IMG/VR virus record: IMGVR_UViG_3300030331_003482
Coordinates: 1-64,000 of that record
From: an uncultured virus (IMG/VR IMGVR_UViG_3300030331_003482)
Lineage: Duplodnaviria > Heunggongvirae > Uroviricota > Caudoviricetes
Length of the DNA: 64,000 bases
Direction: 5' to 3' (one strand)
Positions 48,564-56,120 of this stretch are shown here, in pieces (within the stretch, counting starts at the first letter, position 1; each line of letters opens with the position of its first letter). The position numbers were made by a program, and so were the translations under genes. Below the pieces are notes generated by a model that saw only the letters and a list, made by a program, of their open reading frames with translations, was not told where the DNA came from and searched no databases.

Positions 48564-48997
48564 TTCTTTAAATAGTATTCTAACATATAGTTTAATCTAG
48601 CTAAGCTTGACCGTACTTTAGCCCTTGCTTTACCTATAAACTTTCTAGTTTGTAGTTTACCATCGATCAAGAACGTAGTTCTTTGCTCTTGATTATACGT
48701 TTTATTTATTTGATATGGTGAATAACAACCATTTTGTTTTCTAACATAACCTGATTTGAAGCAAGCTAGTCTTAATCTTGGTGTATTTTCCCACTTAGTT
48801 CCGCTTGATATTAACCATCTTTTGTAATAAGCGTTAGTATTAGCGTACGTAGAAACAGGAAACTCAAATTCTCTTGTACCATTTATCGCTTGTTTTTGAG
48901 TGGTTACCTCTTTAATATTATACTTAATTAGCAATTGTCTTACAAAAGCGTTCTCAAGTGCTTCTTGTTCTAGTTGATATTTAGTTGCTTGTGTCAT
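48533..48997 (-). CDS. Hypothetical early protein
   Basis: 154-aa basic ORF. Confidence 0.7.
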   Translation of the reverse strand: MTQATKYQLEQEALENAFVRQLLIKYNIKEVTTQKQAINGTREFEFPVSTYANTNAYYKRWLISSGTKWENTPRLRLACFKSGYVRKQNGCYSPYQINKTYNQEQRTTFLIDGKLQTRKFIGKARAKVRSSLARLNYMLEYYLKNYKQNTIKAR

Positions 48998-49256
48998 AGT
49001 TTTTATTAATTTTATTCGCCATTTTTATAAATTCAAAATCTTTTTCAAAGCCTTCAGGTGCATACTTGTTATATAAATCTACTAGTTCTTGCGTCCACCC
49101 GCCTAATTCTTGTACTTTGCTACTGATAATTTTTGCTTGACGCCTACCAGAATCATAGTATCTATTATCGTCACTCATCATGTAAGTGTGATCGTGACAC
49201 TTAAACATGTCTTCTATTGATAAATCTTCAAATGTTTTTGACATAACTCTTTCCAT
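48981..49256 (-). CDS. Hypothetical early protein
   Basis: HDHTYMMSDDNRYYDSG motif. Confidence 0.65.
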   Translation of the reverse strand: MERVMSKTFEDLSIEDMFKCHDHTYMMSDDNRYYDSGRRQAKIISSKVQELGGWTQELVDLYNKYAPEGFEKDFEFIKMANKINKNYDTSN

Positions 49257-49407
49257 TTATTGTTATATAGTTGTTACACATTTTCGCATAAGGTACTCTG
49301 TGATAAACAGAACCTTCAATTAAACCATCGCTATCGACAGTGTCATACAAGATGACGCTTTGTGGTACATCATGTATATCATAGTTAGTAAATTTTATTG
49401 TATTCAT
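49228..49407 (-). CDS. Small hypothetical protein (missed by ORF track)
   Basis: MNTIKFTNYDIHDVPQ..., 59 aa, ATG 5 nt after a motif copy. Confidence 0.5.
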   Translation of the reverse strand: MNTIKFTNYDIHDVPQSVILYDTVDSDGLIEGSVYHRVPYAKMCNNYITINGKSYVKNI

Positions 49408-49412
49408 ATTAT

Positions 49413-49445
49413 TATTATCTTACTATGTTCGTATTTAGACTGTAA
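49413..49445 (-). promoter_or_regulatory. Early motif copy
   Basis: TTACA-GTCTA-AATACGA-ACATAGTAA-GATAATA. Confidence 0.75.
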
Positions 49446-49618
49446 ATTCATCACTTGAATCTAATCTATCATACCAATCATCTAAAATCATTTGTATTTG
49501 TTCTGAAGTGAGAACAGTTATCCTATTATTACTAGTGCTACCCATAGTGTTAAAGTTAAAAGTGTTAAAAATATTATGTTTTCTAATGTTTCTTTTATAT
49601 TCATAGTTATATATTTAG

Positions 49619-49662
49619 TTCTCGTGTGAGTAATCGAAACCCACCTCTGCTCCAAGACGAGA
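49619..49662 (-). ncRNA. tRNA minihelix-like element (acceptor plus T arm only)
   Basis: TCTCGT-CTTGGAGCAGAG-GTGGGT-TTCGATT-ACTCAC-ACGAGA-A: 6+6 bp stems and a 7-nt TTCGA loop, intergenic. Confidence 0.55.
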
Positions 49663-49679
49663 TGTGAGGTTGAGTTAGA

Positions 49680-49907
49680 TTATACTAACTCTTTACCTCT
49701 TAATACTACTGGAATATTATTAGTCGCAGTGTAAGACTTATATTTTAACCAACATGGTAATTTAGTAAGTGTATCTTTCATTAGTGAAAATACTTTATCG
49801 TGATTATAAGTTATTGTATCACCTTTTTTGTTAGTGAATTCAATAGTTTGATTTTTACCGATTAGTGATTGTCTTACAACAAATCTTTTAGAAATTAAGT
49901 TACTCAT
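49680..49907 (-). CDS. Hypothetical early protein
   Basis: 75-aa ORF, first clear gene of the minus-strand arm. Confidence 0.7.
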   Translation of the reverse strand: MSNLISKRFVVRQSLIGKNQTIEFTNKKGDTITYNHDKVFSLMKDTLTKLPCWLKYKSYTATNNIPVVLRGKELV

Positions 49908-49934
49908 AGTTATTATATTTAAGTTATTTATATT

Positions 49935-49967
49935 TATTATCTTTTGAGTTTCGTATTTAGTTTGTAA
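49935..49967 (-). promoter_or_regulatory. Early motif copy
   Basis: TTACA-AACTA-AATACGA-AACTCAAAA-GATAATA. Confidence 0.75.
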
Positions 49968-50063
49968 AAGTATGTGAATTGTTTACTTGTAAATTTGTTA
50001 TTAATAGTATACCGCAATCACTCTCTTTATTAAACATATTTATTATTTTTTTAAACTCATATA

Positions 50064-50096
50064 TATTATCTTTATATAGTCGTATTTATTATGTAA
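50064..50096 (-). promoter_or_regulatory. Early motif copy
   Basis: TTACA-TAATA-AATACGA-CTATATAAA-GATAATA. Confidence 0.75.
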
Positions 50097-50274
50097 ACTT
50101 AGTGAGTATATATTATAAAAATTTAACTATATACATGTAAAATGTGAAAATATTTACACAAATATATATAAAAAGGGGGCCCCTACTCTTACAAAAATGA
50201 TTTTTTTTATACAGACAAAGTACGATAGAGTAGTGGCAACACTACACCTCATTACATCTCAAGCATATTTTTAT

Positions 50275-50319
50275 ATGACAGTAGCCTTATAGATACTAAT
50301 AGTAATAGGCAAATGTCAC
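50275..50319. promoter_or_regulatory. 45-bp imperfect palindromic element, copy 2
   Basis: ATGACAGTAG...ATAGTAATAGGCAAATGTCAC, in the divergent intergenic region. Confidence 0.6.
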
Positions 50320-50358
50320 CTTTTTAAATCATACTAAATACATGTAATATATTATAGT

Positions 50359-50592
50359 ATGGCGAAGCAGAAATTATCACTAAAAGCTAGGGCTGCTAAA
50401 AAACGTAGAGACCTAAGAGCAGCTAATAGCGACAGGCGCAAAGCTATGAGAGCTGAAAACCAGCGTAAAAGACGTGCTGCTATTAAAGCCGGAAAAAATA
50501 TACGTGGCAAAGACTACGATCACAAAACCAAGAAGTTTACAAGTATAAAAGCGAACCGTGGAAACAGGGGACACGGTACGCGTAATGAATAA
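50359..50592 (+). CDS. Small basic protein with HNH-like remnant
   Basis: R/K-rich; GKDYDH...ANRG. Confidence 0.6.
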   Translation: MAKQKLSLKARAAKKRRDLRAANSDRRKAMRAENQRKRRAAIKAGKNIRGKDYDHKTKKFTSIKANRGNRGHGTRNE

Positions 50593-50625
50593 CTATTCCC
50601 CTGCAACCTAATAAAAACCAAAACA

Positions 50626-50916
50626 ATGACGTATTTTTATTACAAAACCAATACTTGGGGTAACTCCAACCCACAAGTAACCGAGGAGACCAAAGATTTT
50701 TGGAAACACCTTGTTGAGAAAAAGAATTGGAGAATTGTACAATTACCTAACGGTTTCTATCAAACAGAATATAAGGACATGGAAGATGTCTGGACTGATG
50801 TTACAAGAAGAGAAACTATAGAAAGTGCTGAAGCTGCTATTGATGGTAGCATCGAGCATTATACTAAAAGGTTAGACTTTTTAAAAGGACCTAAGGTAGT
50901 TAAGACGTTTAAATAG
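50626..50916 (+). CDS. Hypothetical protein
   Basis: 96 aa (NWRIVQLPNGFYQTE) upstream of groEL. Confidence 0.7.
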   Translation: MTYFYYKTNTWGNSNPQVTEETKDFWKHLVEKKNWRIVQLPNGFYQTEYKDMEDVWTDVTRRETIESAEAAIDGSIEHYTKRLDFLKGPKVVKTFK

Positions 50917-50938
50917 CAATATAATAAAATTTAATTAA

Positions 50939-52513
50939 ATGGAATATAATCAACCAAGCCAGATCGTCAAGAATCTTGACTATGGCTTAAATGCTAAACG
51001 CAAAATAATAGATGGTGTAGACAAACTGAATAATGCAGTTAAATCTACACTGGGAGCCTCAGGAAAATGTGTCATCTATGAAGACGCATTAGGCAAGCCG
51101 GTGATTACAAAAGACGGTGTAACGGTAGCTCAATCCGTTGTCTTATATGATCCGGTTGAAAATATCGGAGCCACACTTATTAAAGAGGCTGCGAATAATA
51201 CAGTGAAAGAAGCAGGTGATGGTACCACTACGGCTACTGTCCTTGCTCACTCACTATTAACAATTGCAGAAGAATATGAAAAAGAAAATCAAAGAGAAGT
51301 TAAAGAAGGTATTAGATCTGGTACAGAAAAAGTTATCTCTCATTTGGAGAAACAAAGTATTAAGGTTACTGATGATCTATTACAACAAGTTGCTACGATA
51401 TCTACTAACAACGATGAAGAGTTGGGTGGAATTATTGCAGAAGCATATAAGCAAGTAGGAAAAGATGGTATAGTCTTAATGGAAGGATCGCCAACGGGTG
51501 AAACATATGTTGATGTTGTTGATGGTATACAAATGAAGTGTCCACTTAAATCACCTTATTTAATTACAGATAAAGATAAAGGCACGTGTGTATTAGAAAA
51601 TCCTGCAATACTTATATCTTCATCACCTATACCTAATATAAGAAAGATACAGAATATATTAGAACATTGTATAAAAGGTAATAAACCTTTATTAATAGTA
51701 GGTGATATTGAACAGCAACCAAAAGCTGCATTACTTACAAATAAAGTAAAAGGTAACATAAAAGTTAACTTTATTGATTTACCTGGTTTTGGTCCTACAA
51801 AAGAAGATACTATAGAAGATTTAGCTATAGTAACAGGTGCTAAAATTATAAATGAAGAACTTGGTGACGATTTTGAGCTAATAGATCCTAGTTGCTTAGG
51901 TGAAGCTGTTAAAGCAGTAACTGATGATAAGCATACAGTGTTAACTGTAAATAAATCAGGTAAAGAGTTAAAAGATCGTGTAAAACAAGTAAAAGATATA
52001 ATTAAGAAGGAAACTAAAAATCCCTTCTTAAAAAAGAAACAACAAGAGAGATTAGCAATACTTAACGGATCCGTTGGTATCGTATTTGTAGGTGCTGATA
52101 GCGAAGTTGAGTTAAAAGAAAAGAAAGATAGAGTTGAAGATGCTATTTATGCTACGAAAGCAGCATTACAAGAAGGCATCGTACCAGGTGGTGGTATAGC
52201 GTTATTAAATGCCGCCAAGTCTATCAAACCAAAAAATGTTGGTGAAGAGATATTATTACAGGCGATAACAATGCCTTTTCAAACCATATTAGATAATGCT
52301 AATATTGATGTGCCTGAAACTAAACTCAAAACAGGTTACGGGGTTAATGTCATAAACGGTGAAATAGTTGATATGGTTAAGTCTGGTGTTATTGATCCGG
52401 TTTTGGTTACAAAATCGGCGCTTAAAAATGCTGCATCAGTAGCAAGCACTATAATATCTGCAGACTGTATAATAAGTAACGTTAGAATATTAAAACAAGA
52501 TGAAAGCAGTTAA
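50939..52513 (+). CDS. groEL: Phage-encoded chaperonin GroEL
   Basis: ITKDGVTVA, AGDGTTTATVL, EKKDRVEDA..AT.AA..EGIVPGGG, GVIDP..VT..AL.NAASVA. Confidence 0.95.
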   Translation: MEYNQPSQIVKNLDYGLNAKRKIIDGVDKLNNAVKSTLGASGKCVIYEDALGKPVITKDGVTVAQSVVLYDPVENIGATLIKEAANNTVKEAGDGTTTATVLAHSLLTIAEEYEKENQREVKEGIRSGTEKVISHLEKQSIKVTDDLLQQVATISTNNDEELGGIIAEAYKQVGKDGIVLMEGSPTGETYVDVVDGIQMKCPLKSPYLITDKDKGTCVLENPAILISSSPIPNIRKIQNILEHCIKGNKPLLIVGDIEQQPKAALLTNKVKGNIKVNFIDLPGFGPTKEDTIEDLAIVTGAKIINEELGDDFELIDPSCLGEAVKAVTDDKHTVLTVNKSGKELKDRVKQVKDIIKKETKNPFLKKKQQERLAILNGSVGIVFVGADSEVELKEKKDRVEDAIYATKAALQEGIVPGGGIALLNAAKSIKPKNVGEEILLQAITMPFQTILDNANIDVPETKLKTGYGVNVINGEIVDMVKSGVIDPVLVTKSALKNAASVASTIISADCIISNVRILKQDESS

Positions 52514-52757
52514 TTATTATATAGTTATTGATAAAATTAAAGAAAAACCTAAATCAGAGTCTGGCTTTGTATTATCTGAAGCACAAAGCGAAGATGTAAG
52601 GTTTTCTAAAGGTAATGTAATTAGCGTGGGTGAAGCAGTTAACGGTATTAACGAAGGTGATATTGTGTGGTATGACAAACACGCTGGTAACGGAATTGAG
52701 TATGATAACAAATATTATTATGTTATCAAACATGGGGATGTTGTTATAATAGAATGA
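52500..52757 (+). CDS. groES: Co-chaperonin GroES
   Basis: SESGFVL mobile loop, GNVISVG, GDIVWY; overlaps groEL. Confidence 0.85.
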   Translation: MKAVNYYIVIDKIKEKPKSESGFVLSEAQSEDVRFSKGNVISVGEAVNGINEGDIVWYDKHAGNGIEYDNKYYYVIKHGDVVIIE

Positions 52758-53194
52758 AATTAAGTGCATCTGACTTAAGAGAAATTCAATTATTTAAGTA
52801 TTACAGGCTTGTTCGCAAATGGGCCTGTAAAACTTATAAACTTACTGACGCAGACCTTGAATTATTAATATACTTAGATTGTAAAGAAAGATTTACACGA
52901 CAAGAATTTATCGATGGCACATACACTATGTCATGGGACAAACAACGTTGGGATAAATTAAGATCCAAAGGTTGGATAGATGTATGGAGACATCGAAACA
53001 GAACTACAATTAAATTTTCTATTTTTAAAACTTCATTTAAATGTTCGCAATTAATTAGCAGAATATATCGTATACTATTAGGCGAAGAAGATCTGCCAAC
53101 TAGTGAACGCAATGTATTTTTTAAAAATAAATCATATAGCGATAAAGTCTTTAATAAAGCTATCGATGATATGATTAAAGATAAAGATCGTTAA
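52754..53194 (+). CDS. Hypothetical protein, possibly winged helix
   Basis: LTDADLELLIYL...WDKLRSKGWI. Confidence 0.55.
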   Translation: MKLSASDLREIQLFKYYRLVRKWACKTYKLTDADLELLIYLDCKERFTRQEFIDGTYTMSWDKQRWDKLRSKGWIDVWRHRNRTTIKFSIFKTSFKCSQLISRIYRILLGEEDLPTSERNVFFKNKSYSDKVFNKAIDDMIKDKDR

Positions 53195-53211
53195 CAATTA
53201 AAAATAAAAAA

Positions 53212-53706
53212 ATGGCAAAACATAAAAAAATGGTTGATATTAGTAATGTACCAGCTGGTCAACAAAAATTAATTAAAGGTATAGTCAAGAAATCTGGTGG
53301 TGGACCACATATGGTTGGTTCAAAAGAAAAGGATACACCGGGTAACTTTGCTGAATACCATCACATGAAAATGATGGGATCACCTTTATATTATGGCAAT
53401 AAACCAGATATGTATGGTGGTAAAGATAAACCAGATATGTATGGTGGTGGAGGTAAACCAGATATGTATGGTGGTGCAGGTAAACCAGCTGGTGGCCCAT
53501 TTGTAGGTGGTAGCTATAAAGCCACTGATACTAATAAAGAAGTTTTTTCTGAAGAGAAAGAAGAGAAAAAAGAAGAAGGTAGTAAAAAATCAGAAGGTAC
53601 TAAAAGATTATCAGCTGCTAGATCAAGAAGAAAAGAAGCTAGAAAAAATCTTAAAGCGGACAGACTAAACAGAAGAGCTGACCGTATGGAAGCTAGAAGA
53701 AGGTAA
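53212..53706 (+). CDS. Low-complexity protein with KPDMYGG repeats and a basic tail
   Basis: Translation of the ORF. Confidence 0.65.
   Translation: MAKHKKMVDISNVPAGQQKLIKGIVKKSGGGPHMVGSKEKDTPGNFAEYHHMKMMGSPLYYGNKPDMYGGKDKPDMYGGGGKPDMYGGAGKPAGGPFVGGSYKATDTNKEVFSEEKEEKKEEGSKKSEGTKRLSAARSRRKEARKNLKADRLNRRADRMEARRR
53401..53487 (+). repeat. 27-bp in-frame tandem repeat (3 copies plus a partial)
   Basis: AAACCAGATATGTATGGTGGT-N6 units. Confidence 0.9.
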
Positions 53707-53870
53707 TGGCTAAAGCTTACCGTGGAGTTTTAAAAGCCCGTATAAATAAATTATATGGAGGCGATGTAACCTGCGGTAAGGTTAAAAAGCTAAAGTCACG
53801 TAAAGGTGCTACAAAGCGAGATGTGCAGCTCGCAAACTGGTTTATAAACATGCACGACTGTAAAATATAA
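53706..53870 (+). CDS. Small basic protein (missed by ORF track)
   Basis: MAKAYRGVLKARINKLYGGDVTC...ANWFINMH, 54 aa. Confidence 0.6.
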   Translation: MAKAYRGVLKARINKLYGGDVTCGKVKKLKSRKGATKRDVQLANWFINMHDCKI

Positions 53871-53874
53871 TACA

Positions 53875-54273
53875 ATGAGTAAATTATTAGGTAAATTATT
53901 AGGTAATGCTGGAGGTAGCGTAATAAACAAGCTAGCCGGTGTTGCTGATAAATTTATAAGAACAAAAGACGAGAAAGCAGAGTTTGAAAAACAAATGACG
54001 CAAATATTTATTGAAGCTGAGGCTGCGATGCAAAAAAATGTAACCGAAAGGTGGAAAGCAGACTTAGAGCACGGAAACTGGTTAACGCGTTCAGTTCGTC
54101 CTCTCGTACTCATATTCCTCATAGTGGCGACCGTGCTCATGATATTTATTGATAGTGGATCTATTAAGTTCGACGTAGAGCAGAAGTGGACAGACCTACT
54201 TCAGCTAGTTTTGATTACTGTAATCGGAGCCTATTTCGGCGGACGAAGTTTTGAGAAGTTTAAAAAGAATTAA
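53875..54273 (+). CDS. Holin (3TM, GTA-type)
   Basis: RW.AD...WL...VRPL followed by TMs and AYFGGRSFEK. Confidence 0.75.
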   Translation: MSKLLGKLLGNAGGSVINKLAGVADKFIRTKDEKAEFEKQMTQIFIEAEAAMQKNVTERWKADLEHGNWLTRSVRPLVLIFLIVATVLMIFIDSGSIKFDVEQKWTDLLQLVLITVIGAYFGGRSFEKFKKN

Positions 54274-54276
54274 CAT

Positions 54277-55047
54277 ATGCCTAAAATCCAAAACATACAG
54301 GTTGATCAGGTAATAGACAAAAATGATAAGTTACTAGGATCAGATTCCGGTGGTGGCACCAGAAATTATGTTATAGGTGATGTAACTAAATTTTTTAAAA
54401 ATACTAACGCAGCTGGTATAGCTGGCCAGTTTACATATCAATACAAGAGTGCAGCCCCATTTAATGCTGGCTCTATGAGAGTTACTTTTTCTAGTGGCTT
54501 AACATTTCAAAACGCAACATCAATAAAGATTAGTAAGTTTATTCACAACTCAACTGAATCATACGAAAATATTTTAACAATACTAACTGGTAAGCAGTTA
54601 TTAATAGTGGATCTTGAAGATCAAGATAACTACGCTATATATAACGCTGGAACGTTAACTCAAGACACAAACGAAACAGATTTTTTTAATCTAGACTTAA
54701 GTACACCAACAAAGTTTAATGGTTCGTTTACAAATGAAAAATTTTATGCAATAATATCTATTGGTGGTGGTGGATCAGATAAGCACGCTGTTTTATCTTT
54801 TACGTCTAGTAATTTTGCTAGCACAACAGACGGCGAAGGTAATGTCACACAGTTAACTGAAAACATCAACGGTTCTACAATGAAGTATGTAGACTTTCAG
54901 CATGACTTAGCTAAAAGAGCTAGCATTACAGTAGCAGAGTCAGGATCACCAGAACAGGTAGCACATGTACCTGTTAAATATATAAACGATAATAAAGTAA
55001 GGGTTTACTTTACAGGAACAACTAGCGGAAAAATATACGCTAACTAA
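54277..55047 (+). CDS. Virion structural protein (tail fibre base/collar)
   Basis: Beta-rich; C-terminal FQHDL...V.VYFTGTTSGKIYAN. Confidence 0.55.
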   Translation: MPKIQNIQVDQVIDKNDKLLGSDSGGGTRNYVIGDVTKFFKNTNAAGIAGQFTYQYKSAAPFNAGSMRVTFSSGLTFQNATSIKISKFIHNSTESYENILTILTGKQLLIVDLEDQDNYAIYNAGTLTQDTNETDFFNLDLSTPTKFNGSFTNEKFYAIISIGGGGSDKHAVLSFTSSNFASTTDGEGNVTQLTENINGSTMKYVDFQHDLAKRASITVAESGSPEQVAHVPVKYINDNKVRVYFTGTTSGKIYAN

Positions 55048-55076
55048 GAAATTATAAAATTTAAACAACTACAACT

Positions 55077-56099
55077 ATGGCAATACCATTTCTTTCAAAC
55101 ATTAATATGAATAAAAACGAGATACAAAATCTCGTTCTTCATACACAAAACTCAGACCCAACTGGCACAGAAGGTCAAATTTATTATAACTCTAGTACAA
55201 ACAAAGTATTAATACACAATGGAAGTAGCTTCATAAACATAAGTGGAGATATAACTGAAGTTATAGCTGGTAATGGTTTAACAGGTGGTGGTACTGTTGA
55301 CGCTGTAACATTAAACGCTGTAGGTGGTGATGGTATAACAGTAACTGCTAACGAAATAGAAGCAACAGTTGATGGTGTTACTATAGGCCTTAATAATACT
55401 AATGGTCAAGGAGCGTTATTTGTAAAAGATAACAGTATAACTGGTGATAAATTATCAGATGATGTTACAATTGCAAACGACTTAACTGTAACTGGAGATT
55501 TAACTGTACAAGGTGATACAATAACAGCAAACGTTGGAACTTTAGATGTTGAAGATAAAAACATAACATTAAACTTCCATGCAAGCAGTGACACTAGTTC
55601 TACAGCAAATGGAGCAGGTATTACAATTCAAGACGCCGTAAATGCTACTACTGATGCTACAATATTATGGAATACTTCTAATGATAACTTTGTATTCTCT
55701 CATGAAATAGCAGTACCAAGCTTAGATATATCAGGTAACGTTGATGTAGATGGTACAATGGAAGCAGACGCTATAACAGTAAATGGAACAGCATTAAATA
55801 CAGTTATAGAAAACGCAATTAAAGCTAGACAGTTTAAAGCTAATATTCCTTCTACCGCAAAAACAGCTGGCACAGCGTTTACAGTAGATCACAACTTAAA
55901 TTCAAGAGATATTATAATTCAGGTATATAACAACGTAACAAACATAGATGGTGACGGCGGTAATACTAATGAAATTGATAATCAATATGAGACTGTTAAT
56001 GTTGAAGTTTTTAGAAACACAGCAAATCAAGTAACTATAAAATCAGGCGTTGCTTTAGCAGCAAACTCATTAAAGGTACTTATAACCGAAATAGGTTAA
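55077..56099 (+). CDS. Tail fibre-like structural protein
   Basis: AGNGLTGGG and LTVTGDLTVQG...LDVEDKNITLN fibre motifs; HNLNSRDIIIQVY. Confidence 0.65.
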   Translation: MAIPFLSNINMNKNEIQNLVLHTQNSDPTGTEGQIYYNSSTNKVLIHNGSSFINISGDITEVIAGNGLTGGGTVDAVTLNAVGGDGITVTANEIEATVDGVTIGLNNTNGQGALFVKDNSITGDKLSDDVTIANDLTVTGDLTVQGDTITANVGTLDVEDKNITLNFHASSDTSSTANGAGITIQDAVNATTDATILWNTSNDNFVFSHEIAVPSLDISGNVDVDGTMEADAITVNGTALNTVIENAIKARQFKANIPSTAKTAGTAFTVDHNLNSRDIIIQVYNNVTNIDGDGGNTNEIDNQYETVNVEVFRNTANQVTIKSGVALAANSLKVLITEIG

Positions 56100-56120
56100 T
56101 ATACAAAACTAAAATAAAAT

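Noticed and set aside
53401..53487. Short direct repeats considered as a mini-CRISPR array
   Set aside because: 27-bp period with only 6-nt variable parts, in frame and encoding KPDMYGG; no cas genes.
53796..54140. Antisense ORFs opposite real genes (also 7871-8083, 16983-17405, 23740-24141, 56315-56710 and others)
   Set aside because: Shadow frames of codon-biased genes, with no motifs or expression signals.
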